64,000 bases of DNA from Pecten maximus (taxonomy: Eukaryota). The notes below the pieces were generated by a model. It saw only the letters and a list, made by a program, of their open reading frames with translations. It had not been told where the DNA came from and searched no databases. The stretch is taken from positions 41,292,001-41,356,000 of the forward strand of contig NC_047015.1 of the NCBI RefSeq assembly GCF_902652985.1. Direction: 5' to 3'. Positions 12,843 to 24,129 of the stretch are shown here, one piece after another (position 1 is the stretch's first letter; every line of letters starts with the position of its first letter). A program made the translations under genes and the position numbers.

Positions 12843-13553
12843 CATACCCAGGGTTGTACAGGGTCGGTACCAATATCCAGGATTATACAGGGTCGGTACC
12901 CATACCCAGGGTTGTACAGGGTCAGTACCCATACCCAGGGCTGTACAGGGTCCGTATCCATACCCAGGGTTGTGCAGGGTCGGTATCCATACCCAGGGTT
13001 GTGCAGGGTCGGTACCCATACCCAGGGTTGTACAGGGTCGGTACCCATATCCAGGATTATACAGGGTCGGTACCCATACCCAGGGTTGTACAGGGTCAGT
13101 ACCCATACCCAGGGTTGTACAGGGTCGGTACCCATATCCAGGGTTGTGCAGGGTCGGTACCCATACCCAGGGTTGTACAGGGTCGGTACCCATACCCAGG
13201 GTTGTACAGGGTCAGTACCCATATCCAGGGTTGGGCAGGGTCAGTACCTATACCCAGGGTTGTACAGGGTTGGTATCCATACCCAGGGTTGTACAGGGTC
13301 GGTACCCATACCCAGGGTTGTACAGGGTCATAACCCATACCCAGGGTTGTACAGGGTCAGTACCCATACCCAGGGTTGTACAGGGTCGGTACCCATACCC
13401 AGGGTTGTACAGGGTCGGTACCCATACCCAGGGTTGTACAGGGTCGGTACCCATACCCAGGGTTGTACAGGTCGGTACCCATACCCAGGGTTGTACAGGG
13501 TCGGTACCCATACCCAGGGTTGTACAGGGTCGGTACCCATACCCAGGGTTGTA
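12843..13553. repeat. 29-bp minisatellite (cccatacccagggttgtacagggtcggta)n
   Basis: About 24 copies; source of the repetitive ORFs on both strands. Confidence 0.95.
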
Positions 13554-14060
13554 CTGCATGATTTGGTCCCTTTAGGAGTACACCTGAAGACCCTACTGTA
13601 AATGAGTTTACACACTATAACACCTACTGCACTTTTAAACATGTTAGTGCTTTATGAGTTTGTCCCAATACAAACCACTTGATGGAGGAGGAAGTGCTGA
13701 CACAAGTCTGAAGCAACTATGCACAATTTGAAATAATTGCTCCCAAATTCACCTACTTGTCTAGTAGCTCAATTCAATAGAAAACAAACAAAACAAAAAA
13801 AAAAAGCAAAAAAATCAGATAATTTTTTTTCTTAGTAATTGGATTGATTTTATTCATATCTTCAGTAATTATGAGCCATCGATACCTAGTGATTAGTTAA
13901 AACGGTGAGACCTGGCACAGCATTGTCTGAAGCAATGTCTAAGGGACATAATACAACGCAGAATGCGGAATAACCAATATGACAGTCAACTGCATCACAA
14001 AAAGTGGTGCAATGCACCAAAAAAGATCAGATTCCCCTCCGAAATAATTTAAAGTCTATC

Positions 14061-14152
14061 TATAGTATTATGGGAGATGGGCCGACAATTCCTGTATACG
14101 GTTCACTATAGTATTATGGGAGATGGGCCGACAATTCCTGTATACGGTTCAC
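14061..14152. repeat. Perfect 46-bp tandem duplication
   Basis: tatagtattatgggagatgggccgacaattcctgtatacggttcac occurs twice in tandem. Confidence 0.9.
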
Positions 14153-14363
14153 CCTCTGGTCTATCTCATCAGCCTTATGTAATTGACTCTGATCAATAAG
14201 TGCCCACCTCTAAAATCCAATAACAGAAACACAACAATTGCTTTACTGGTTTTTTGAGGATGTGATATCATTGGGGTGAACATTCACATATATATATTAT
14301 ACCTCTCTATGCATGCATTAAATCAGTGCATGGTACGACCATGCACTAACTGTACTTAGTGCT

Positions 14364-14616
14364 TTGGGCATACGTATATTTCCATTACAATGGACAGTGT
14401 TATGGGCATACGTAAATTTCCATTACAATGGACAGTGTTATGGGCATACGTATATTTCCATTACAATGAACGGTGTTATGGGCATACGTATGGGAATATG
14501 TATATTTCCATTACAATGGACAGTGTTATGGGCATACGTATATTTCCATTACAATGGACAGTGTTATGGGCATACCTATATTTCCATTACAATGGACAGT
14601 GTTATGGGCATACATA
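14364..14616. repeat. 38-bp minisatellite (gggcatacgtatatttccattacaatggacagtgttat)n
   Basis: About 6 copies. Confidence 0.9.
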
Positions 14617-15699
14617 TATAATGCCCAAGAGTTTTCCCATAACTTGTCCAGTATGGGGATGGTCAAGCTTTTAAGGATATGTTAACAATTTCCATATTAT
14701 TTTCTTGCAAGAGACAAGTACATTTACATTGACTTGAAGGCTGGATATTATCAATATATTTTTGTTTTGCACAATGGTTATATTTTTTTGCAAGTGTTTC
14801 ATTTAATTTATTTATCGTTATACTTCAATGGTATCGCTAGAATAGAAGGTGAAGGGGTGTGTGAAACAAGTTAACAGGAGAAAACCCTTATGGTTAGGAT
14901 CTCATACTTTCGCAGGTGAAAGGTGATCAAGTGTGTTGTTCAACTAACATGTTATAGAAAGTTAATTAAGGTACATCATAACTTTGATTTGTCACTATCC
15001 ATTGAATTTTGACCTCGGCTATTCCTATAATTAAAGGGTTTTATTTAAAAAAAAATTGAAGCTGATTTTCCAACATATCCTTTTCAATTAATGGAACCCT
15101 TCATCACTCCTCCAACTAGTTCATGAAACGATCCATCACCCCTTTGCCTAGTTTATGAAACACTCCATCACGACCTCTGCCTAGTTAATAGAACCCTCCT
15201 TTACCCCTACACCTAGTCGATGGAACCCTTCATCACCCATCCCAACTAAAGGTACTAATCCATCAGCACCCCATGCCAGTTATGATGCTCTTCCATTATA
15301 CAAAAAGTGACCCACCCTTGACAGTAGCACAGTGCTAGATTAGGGGCCCCCCAAGTTCTTACAAGCTGTGACATCCAAATGATATGACTACTCCTGACAG
15401 TTGAGCCTATACAGGGCTCCTCTCCTCCGTCAGGTACTCAGAGTCACACGAGATGCATGAGCATATGTACAGTCATAGTGTGTTTGTTTACATTCAGAAA
15501 GCACATGGCTTTATTTACAGTTGACTTCCATTGTTTTTAGCATTACCAAATCCCTTTACTTTGAGTTTACATTACATCAACATTTTGTAGTGCTACTATG
15601 GCTTCTTTTTACATAGTGTGTTTTAGGGATTGTAGCTCACCATCCCTAGATTTTGTCTTTTCGTCCTCCGAGGCGGTGAACTTTCTAAGGCGAGACAGA

Positions 15700-16490
15700 T
15701 TATGGTTATAGACAGTTTATGGTTAGTATAATCAGTTTGTGGTTATAGGCAGGCTGTGGTTATAGACAGGTTGTGGTTATAGACGGTTTGTGGTTAGTAT
15801 AATCAGTTTGTGGTTAGTATAGACAGGTTGTGGTTAGTATAGACAGGTTGTGGTTATAGACAGTTTGTGGTTAGTATAGACAGTTTGTGGTTAGTATAGA
15901 CAGTGTGTGGTTAGTATAGACAGTTTGTGGTTAGTATAGACAGGTTGTGGTTAGTATAGACAGGTTGTGGTTAGTATAGACAGTTTGTGGTTAGTATAGA
16001 CAGTTTGCGGTTATAGACTGTTTGTGGTTAGTATAGACAGGTTGTGGTTATAGACGGTTTGTGGTTAGTATAGACAGGTTGTGGTTAGTATAGACAGTTT
16101 GTGGTTAGTATAGACAGTTTGTGGTTAGTATAGACAGGTTGTGGTTAGTATAGACAGTTTGTGGTTAGTGTAGACAGGTTGTGGTTAGTATAGACAGTTT
16201 GTGGTTAGTGTAGACAGTTTGTGGTTAGTATAGACAGTTTGTGGTTAGTGTAGACAGGTTGTGGTTAGTATAGACAGTTTGTGGTTAATATAGACAGGTT
16301 GTGGTTAGTATAGACAGTTTGTGGTTAGTGTAGACAGGTTGTGGTTAGTATAGACAGTTTGTGGTTAGTATAGACAGTTTGTGGTTAGTGTAGACAGGTT
16401 GTGGTTAGTATGGACAGTTTGTGGTTAGTATAGACAGGTTGTGGTTAGTATAGACAGTTTGTGGTTAGTATAGACAGGTTTTGGTTACAG
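15700..16490. repeat. 20-bp minisatellite (gtggttagtatagacagKtt)n
   Basis: About 39 copies. Confidence 0.95.
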
Positions 16491-17294
16491 GCAGACTGGT
16501 CGATGTTGACCTAGTGCTCCCTACACTCGACTCATTTTTCTCTGCATTGTACGTATGTCTGTATTATCTAACACTAAGTATGAGTAACTATATTCATGAA
16601 ATAATAAGCCTATGGCATGTTCCTCTAACCTTTCAGCAGCCTAAAGCTATGACCTGAAGATTTTCTTGTTTACAACCCAATATTACTAAAAGATGTGTTG
16701 ATCATGAACTTTGATCTAGCTGCATCATCAGACACAATCCACTGGATGGCTTATAAATGATGGTAAGGAAGAATAGTCCTATTGATTGTACAATTAAGTA
16801 TTGGGGAAAAAGTCTCATTGAGACAGATTGGTTGCATTGGTTCTAGGTCTCTCCATACCAAACCAGCCAGTCTAGGATATCACCCCATGCTGATTGTGTC
16901 TGGCTCTTCGCACTAATTCAATAATATTTGACTTATTAACATGTAATGGCAAGATTTACGTCACTTCCACATCTTAAAAACACATAGAAATATCATTGAA
17001 ACTATACTCCAGTCTGCAATTTGATTCAAATTGAAATGTAAACTAGAATTTCAGGTGGTAAATTTATATTAAAAAGTCGAATATGTGAGATATTTTAAAT
17101 AGCATTTTCCAAATTTTAATTTATCTCCATAGCATCAAGGTTTGACCTCCAACAGAACTTTTTTTTCCAAAACTTGTCATTCCAAACAAACCATTATTTA
17201 CTGAGAAATGGAGCAAAACACAAGTTTAACCAAAATTAGAAGGAAGCGAATATTCAAGTAGTAAACAATATACTAATCATTTGCTCCATTTGAT

Positions 17295-17460
17295 CGTATT
17301 TATTAAAAAAATAATCCCCTTTCTTTTTTTTTTGCAGAATTATCAATTTTGAAATACACTAAGTAAACTTAAAATGATTCACAAATAAGCCCTCCTCAAA
17401 CTTTGATACTAAATTTTACACAAGGGGAAGGGGCTTAATTGTTAGAGGATAAAAGCAGTA
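17295..17460. mobile_element. Degraded pogo/Tigger-like MITE remnant (second copy)
   Basis: tcacaaataagccctcctcaaactttgatactaaa...gggcttaattg matches about 8520-8597. Confidence 0.5.
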
Positions 17461-18527
17461 AGTTTTGTAGCAAGTTTCATCTAAAAAAATGAAAGAGAAA
17501 AATCTTTTTACAGTGAAATTGAAGTGTCACTTTTCATGCTTATGGATTTTACATTAATGAGTAAAAATACTCTTTGAATGATATAAATGAATGTCCACAC
17601 ATCACAGCAGTTCTTGCAAGATTATTGAAGAATTTAAATTAGATTGCAGTGGAAAGCTTCTCAATAACTTATTTCACAGCACTTTACAATTTTAAATAAG
17701 ATTCAGATAGCAGTTTAAAATTTCTTTGAGGACTGCAATATATCATTTAAATGATGAAGCAGTTCACTTACTACAACAATCAATGTGTCCATTTTAAAGT
17801 ATAACAGAAATAGGAAATACGAGAAAAATCAATTGTCAGAGAATAATTAGTAAAAACAATTAAAATTCCAATAATGTAGTTTTTTTTAATCCATACAAAA
17901 GGACTGAATAATAGGATTACATTGAGGTCATTCTAGCTTAAAGAGGACAAAAGAATTTACACAGGTGATGTATTTTGGGAAAAGCTGACTTTTTTTTTGT
18001 TTTAATACTTTGTAAATTTTTTTTATTGAAAACATACTTCCAATCATAATGAAGTGCAGGCAGTCATAGCAGCCATTTTAGTTTTGTGAATGACATATCA
18101 CTCTATCATAGCAGATGATGTTGGTCTTCCATCTATAGCCAAGCTGTGCACAAACCCTTCTTTTGATTTATTATTATTTAGTAAAAAGCATTTGTTTGAT
18201 GTAAGATTTGATCCTGGGACTGTTACATCCATTGAAAAGCTCAAACAAAGTATGAACATTTACAGAAAGGGACTGAACTCTGGATAACCTGGCATTCTTC
18301 AGAACATGAGATTTATTAATACTCAATATTCATAAATCTCCATATGTTAACATATTCATCAACACAAAGTTTGGGACTTATAATGCCCATGACCATTGGC
18401 TATCTCAAGCTGATCATTATAGGGAGCTGTTCCTACTCAGGTCAAAGGATTAAGTATACAGTATCAACATATCTATTGACATCATGTGTAAGGCCAAAGG
18501 TACACGTATCTCTCAGGTCACAGATAG

Positions 18528-20020
18528 AGACTCCTGTATACCTACAACCATCTATACAGACTCCTGTATACCTACAACCATCTATATAGACTCCTGTATA
18601 CCTACAACCACCTATATAGACTCCTGTATACCTACAACCATCTATATAGACTCCTGTATACCTACAACCATCTATACAGACTCCTGTATACCTACAACCA
18701 TCTATATAGACTCCTGTATACCTACAACCATCTATATAGACACCTGTATACCTACAACCATCTATACAGCCTCCTGTATACCTACAACTATCTATACAGA
18801 CTCCTGTATACCTACAACCATCTATACAGACTCCTGTATACCTACAACCATCTATACAGACACCTGTATACCTACAACCATCTATACAGACTTCTGTATA
18901 CCTACAACCATCTATACAGACTCCTGTATACCTACAACCATCTATATAGACACCTGTATACCTACAACCATCTATATAGACTCCTGTATACCTATAACCA
19001 TCTATACAGACTCCTGTATACCTATAACCATCTATACAGACTCCTGTATACCTACAACCACCTATATAGACTCCTGTATACCTACAACCATCTATACAGA
19101 CTCCTGTATACCTACAACCATCTATACAGACTCCTGTATACCTACAATCATCTATATAGACTCCTGTATACCTACAACCATCTATATATACTCCTGTATA
19201 CCTACAACCATCTATACAGACTCCTGTATACCTACAACCATCTATACAGACTCCTGTATACCTACAACCATCTATACAGGCTCCTGTATACCTACAACCA
19301 TCTATACAGACTCCTGTATACCTACAACCATCTATACAGACTCCTGTATACCTACAACCATCTATATATATTCCTGTATACCTACAACCATCTATACAGA
19401 CTCCTGTATACCTACAACCATCTTTATAGACTCCTGTATACCTACAACCACCTATATATACTCCTGTATACCTACAAGCATCTATATACTCCTGTATACC
19501 TACAACCATCTATATAGACTCCTGTTACCTACAACTATCTATATAGACTCCTGTATACCTACAACTATCTATACAGACTCATGTATACCTACAACCATCT
19601 ATACAGACTCATGTATACCTACAACCATCTATACAGACTCCTGTATACCTACAACTATCTATATAGACTCATGTATACCTACAACCATCTATACAGACAC
19701 CTGTATACCTACAACTATCTATATATACTCCTGTATACCTACAACCATCTATACAGACTCCTGTATACCTACAACCATCTATATATACTCCTGTATACCT
19801 ACAACCATCTATATAGACTCCTGTATACCTACAACCATCTATATATATTCCTGTATACCTACAACCATCTATATAGACTCCTGTATACCTACAACCATCT
19901 ATATAGACTCCTGTATACATACAACCATCTATACAGACTCCTGTATACATACAACCACCTATACAGACTCCTGTATACCTACAACCATCTATATAGACTC
20001 CTGTATACCTACAACCATAG
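18528..20020. repeat. 30-bp minisatellite (gactcctgtatacctacaaccatctataca)n, about 50 copies
   Basis: Direct periodicity; the unit length is a multiple of 3, which produces the spurious 536-aa and 355-aa ORFs. Confidence 0.97.
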
Positions 20021-20876
20021 ACCACATATACCTACACAGGCTGTGTTCAGATATAAATTTACATACACAGGTTGCTGCCCTCTGCCTCCTGTAATCATGC
20101 CCTGTACAAACAGTTATATTAACATCAAGTCACCAGTAAGAACTAGAAAGGCAGAAAAATATAATGTGCTGTAATTGCCCCCAGGTGTAGCAGCTTGGCT
20201 GTGTGATGTCTGATACTCTAGTCGTAAGGGCATCATTACCACTAATCTTCTTAAAACGTTTTCACAATCAAATCAATGGTTTTAAATGCAATAGCAATGT
20301 ATTTACACCACCAATACCAGTGACAAATTTACACTAGATGGAGGAGCATGTAATTCTTAGTGTTGCAGCAGAAAAAAGGAATACTGGATGTAAACAGTAT
20401 AGCTGTATTTATACACATTATTATTAATACAATGGAGATGAAATGTATGCCATTGCATGGTAGCATCTTTCAAACAGTTGTATGGTTCCATGTGCTCAAT
20501 CTCTAAATGAATTGAAAATTTGATGTTAATTCTTTAAGTTTAATATTAACTGTTTACAGAAGACATACATGATCTTTAACAGAACAAAACCCTTCAATAG
20601 GCCACCTATATTATGTATCAGATTGATGCTGAAATATCCTAGAACAGAATATGGTGTATGTTGGGTGTAGCATGTACCTCATCAACTGCTGAATGCAATA
20701 ACTGAAATCTAAACTTGTAATTGTTTTGTTCTGTGTTGATTTCTGATCTCAATCAAATTGCACCTGTCAATTCTTCATTGTAATTTTTAATGAAAAAAAG
20801 TATTGAAAACTACATGACAATGTATATATTATCTACACAACCTAACCTTCATTGTTACAATACATTGCATAGCCAC

Positions 20877-21285
20877 TTTGTTGCCATTCTGTAAATAAGC
20901 TACCTTGTTGCTATTCCGTAAATAAGCTACCTTGTTGAGATTCCGTAAATAAGCTTCCTTGTTGCTATTCCGTAAATAAGCTACTTTGTTGATATTCCGT
21001 AAATAAGCTACCTTGTTGCTATTCCGTAAATAAGCTACTTTGTTGATATTCCGTAAATAAACTACCTTGTTGATATTCCGTAAATAAACTACCTTGTTGC
21101 TAATCCGTAAATAAGCTACTTTGTTGATATTCCGTAAATAAGCTACCTTGTTGCTATTCCGTAAATAAGCTACCTTGTTGCTATTCCGTAAATAAGCTAC
21201 CTTGTTGCTATTCCATAAATAAGCTTCATTGTTGCTATTCCGTAAATAAGCTACTTTGTTGATATTCCGTAAATAAGCTACCTAG
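20877..21285. repeat. 27-bp minisatellite (ttgctattccgtaaataagctaccttg)n
   Basis: About 15 copies. Confidence 0.93.
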
Positions 21286-21427
21286 TTGTAATTGTGTACA
21301 GAATTCAAAGTAATCTTGTTATTATTCTGTATGCAATTGACACAATTAAGAGATATTGTTACTATTCAGTACATAAACTACACATGTACCTTGTCGCTTT
21401 TCTGTATAAAAGCTAGATGTTACAATT

Positions 21428-21848
21428 CTGGACCTACCTCAATACTATGTGGGGTGCCTACTGTCATAAGAGGGTCTCCGACTCTTCTCTTGCTATTTCA
21501 GACCTACCTTAGTACTATGTGTTGGGCCTACTGTCATAAGAGAGTCTCCGACTCATCTCTTGCTATTTCAGGCCTACCTTAGTACTATGTGTTGGGCCTA
21601 CTGTCATAAGAGAGTCTCCGACTCATCTCTTGCTATTTCAGACCTACCTTAGTACTATGTGTTGGGCCTACTGTCATAAGAGAGTCTCCGACTCATCTCT
21701 TGCTATTTCAGACCTACCTTAGTACTATGTGTTGGGCCTACTGTCATAAGAGAGTCTCCGATTCTTCTCTTGCTATTTCAGACCTACCTTAGTACTATGT
21801 GTTGGGCCTATTGTCATAAGAGGGTCTCCGACTCTTCTGCTGCTATTC
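21428..21848 (-). repeat. 70-bp tandem array containing the Kir C-terminal codons, stop codon and a splice-donor-like site
   Basis: Units start at 21461, 21531, 21601, 21671, 21741 and 21811; the last is the real CDS end. Confidence 0.95.
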
Positions 21849-23211
21849 GGCTTGGTATTGAACTGTCTTGTGAATCTAGATCGTCATCATCAAAGTCTGT
21901 CTGTGCGACTCCATGTCGCTTGATGACATAAGGGCTGGGATACCTCTCTTGTTTTGTAGAACCTAATGATGTGTTCTCATCATCCTCGATATATGTATTT
22001 TCCTGCACTGTGTCACCCATATCGGCGAGCTCCTTGGCACTACACTGCGGCGTTTCTACTGCCATTGTGTTGTGGAATCGTGAGAAGTCTATCTGATATT
22101 GCCCATTTTCCTTCCGGAATGTAACCAGACGTTCGAATCTATGGCCCCAAAGAATCTCTCCGGGAAGGTAAGAGCTGCGAGCTTGTGTTGTCATTCCTGT
22201 AGACTCTACAATACCCTCTAGGATAATGATCAGCTCAAACTGTTCCCGGTGAAGATCCTCCGGGGACATCTCCCAGAAGGGACTGTCCTCATCAATTTTA
22301 TGAACTATGATGACAGGCCAGACCAAAAATAGACGGTCTTGTCCATCCTCATACCCAAGGTCCACATCATACTGATATAAGGGTAGAATTTCACCCTCCT
22401 TTGTGATTTTCTTTTTTATCACGACTGCACGAACATGTGCCTCAACAATGTGTGATTTGCGCATGTCACCTACACGGAACAACAAACACATCTCTCCATC
22501 TTGTTTACAAATACACGCATTTTTACTGAACATAAGGGTTTCAGCTCTCTTCTTTGGTCTGGAGAGTTTAGCAAAAACAATTCCTGTCATCATAGCTTGA
22601 CAGATCACACCAAAACACGATTGAATCATCATTACAGTGATCGCCTCTGGGCACTCCTCTGTCGTGTGGCGAGATCCATATCCAATGGTATGTTGCGTCT
22701 CTATAGAAAACAGGAGTGCTGATGTAAATGAGCGCATTTCCCTGACACAAGGCACCCATTTATCACTATCCATATTGTCAGGGTCAAGGTCACCATGTGA
22801 AAAACATATTAACCACCATATCACTGCAAATATAAGCCAACTCAGGATAAATGCCATCGCAAATAATAATAAATTATACCTCCATTTTATATCAACTAAT
22901 GTCGTAAAAATATCTGCCAGAAAACGTCGTCGCCTCTTTCTAATATTTGTCTGTGTAATATTAACCTCTCCATTTTTGTACACTAATCGCCGACGCATTC
23001 GCTTACTGAAGTGTCTATCTGCACGCCTGTGTAACACAGGCCCATTACTTTGAGGTACGCTTCGTGCCAGAAATTCAGTGAACGACTCTTGTGAGCCGAT
23101 CTTGGGGTCGTGTTTGCCATTGTCCAAAATGTCTGGCTCCCCAGATTGTAGACCACTGGCTGGGGGGCCCACCATTGGCCCATACCCTGTTTCCATGACC
23201 ACTGTCTGCAT
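21814..23211 (-). CDS. Inward-rectifier potassium channel (canonical invertebrate Kir2/GIRK-like), about 465 aa, single coding exon
   Basis: RLVYKNGEVNI, FLADIFTTLVDIKWR, pore SIETQHTIGYGSR..EECP, KLSRPKKRAETLMFS, FRVGDMRKSHIVEAHVR, ILEGIVESTGMTTQARSSY, YQIDFSRFH. The ORF-track start at 23307 is GTG. The first ATG is at 23211 (alternative ATG at 23196 has a better Kozak context), with an in-frame upstream TGA at 23338-23340. Confidence 0.96.
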   Translation of the reverse strand: MQTVVMETGYGPMVGPPASGLQSGEPDILDNGKHDPKIGSQESFTEFLARSVPQSNGPVLHRRADRHFSKRMRRRLVYKNGEVNITQTNIRKRRRRFLADIFTTLVDIKWRYNLLLFAMAFILSWLIFAVIWWLICFSHGDLDPDNMDSDKWVPCVREMRSFTSALLFSIETQHTIGYGSRHTTEECPEAITVMMIQSCFGVICQAMMTGIVFAKLSRPKKRAETLMFSKNACICKQDGEMCLLFRVGDMRKSHIVEAHVRAVVIKKKITKEGEILPLYQYDVDLGYEDGQDRLFLVWPVIIVHKIDEDSPFWEMSPEDLHREQFELIIILEGIVESTGMTTQARSSYLPGEILWGHRFERLVTFRKENGQYQIDFSRFHNTMAVETPQCSAKELADMGDTVQENTYIEDDENTSLGSTKQERYPSPYVIKRHGVAQTDFDDDDLDSQDSSIPSRIAAEESETLL

Positions 23212-23385
23212 GAGTTTAAGTATTGTGGCCAGAGCTTTAGCAATGCCAAAGTCCTTGGTTCCCACCGACTTCTCCACCTTGGAGGGTAGGATGGCAGCGT
23301 GGCACACTGTTGCTATGGCGATGACTTTGGTAGATTTTCATACATGTCGTTGAATGTTTGGAACTGAAATAAAGCAGAATTCATA
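23212..23385 (-). other. 5' UTR part of the coding exon, with splice acceptor (exon start 23363) and two uORFs
   Basis: Minus-strand attctgctttatttcAG|ttcc. uATGs at 23345 (10 codons) and 23341 (34 codons, stop at 23237-23239). Confidence 0.6.
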
Positions 23386-24129
23386 GGTAATTATTACACT
23401 CCAGTATATCAATAACAAGTAACATAAGGTCTATATTGACAAACACAATGTATTTATGTCTCTGCTTAAAATTATCCAAGTTACCTCCCCCTTTTTAATG
23501 AATATTGGCTAAAAAATCTTCATTGTTGTCACAAAGCATTTCCATTGCCTTATTTGACCCTGTCAATATATACAACTATAGATTCTAATTATACCTCGCA
23601 TGTTCTTGTGTCATGCTTCATCTAACTATATGCCTCAGTGATAGTTATTACTAATGTACTTTAACAAGTATGAGTAGATAATTTAGTGGCTCCTGAATCT
23701 TTCATTTCTGAAAGCTTTCACATATTTTCATTACGTGGATGATCTAGGATGCCTTGTCACCGTGACATCAATACTGGCCGTGTCAGCCAGCTTTAGCAGC
23801 CGATGTGCTCTTAGTAGTGTTGTAAGTATGGTGCAACCAGCCGACTGTCAACAAACCTGTAAACAACATTGCCTGCCATGTGCAGTGAAATACAGCAGGG
23901 TCCAGCTATTAGAATCATGGTATTATCACTGTTCAACAAATCTGACAACTGCTGCATCACAAACAACCTGTTCTCAGCAGGAATCGGTTTACCAGTGCGA
24001 GAAGAGGCCACTTACTGCACTTTACATGTGCATAATTACATCAATATCAGTATCAGAAGTGGGTCTATAGTGTCTCAACAAGGTCAAGGACCCTACAGAC
24101 TCTTGCCTATTAGGATTTCTACACATCTC

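Noticed and set aside
12804-13642. Multiple overlapping ORFs up to 259 aa
   Set aside because: Artefact of the 29-bp array.
18442-20174. 536-aa, 355-aa and 197-aa ORFs (DSCIPTTIYT, GCRYTGVCID and YTYNHLYRLL repeats)
   Set aside because: They are translations of a 30-bp minisatellite that is open in several frames and on both strands, with frameshifting indels near 19490-19530.
22760-22790. Gln at the M2 D172-equivalent position as a novelty (coordinates mark the pore-domain region only approximately; the M2 codon itself is near 22600)
   Set aside because: Gln at this site is common in invertebrate Kir channels and is shared by both paralogs.
23212-23307. ORF-track N-terminal extension MCHAAIL... 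of the Kir
   Set aside because: It starts at GTG in a eukaryotic gene and is bounded by an in-frame TGA; the first ATG is at 23211.
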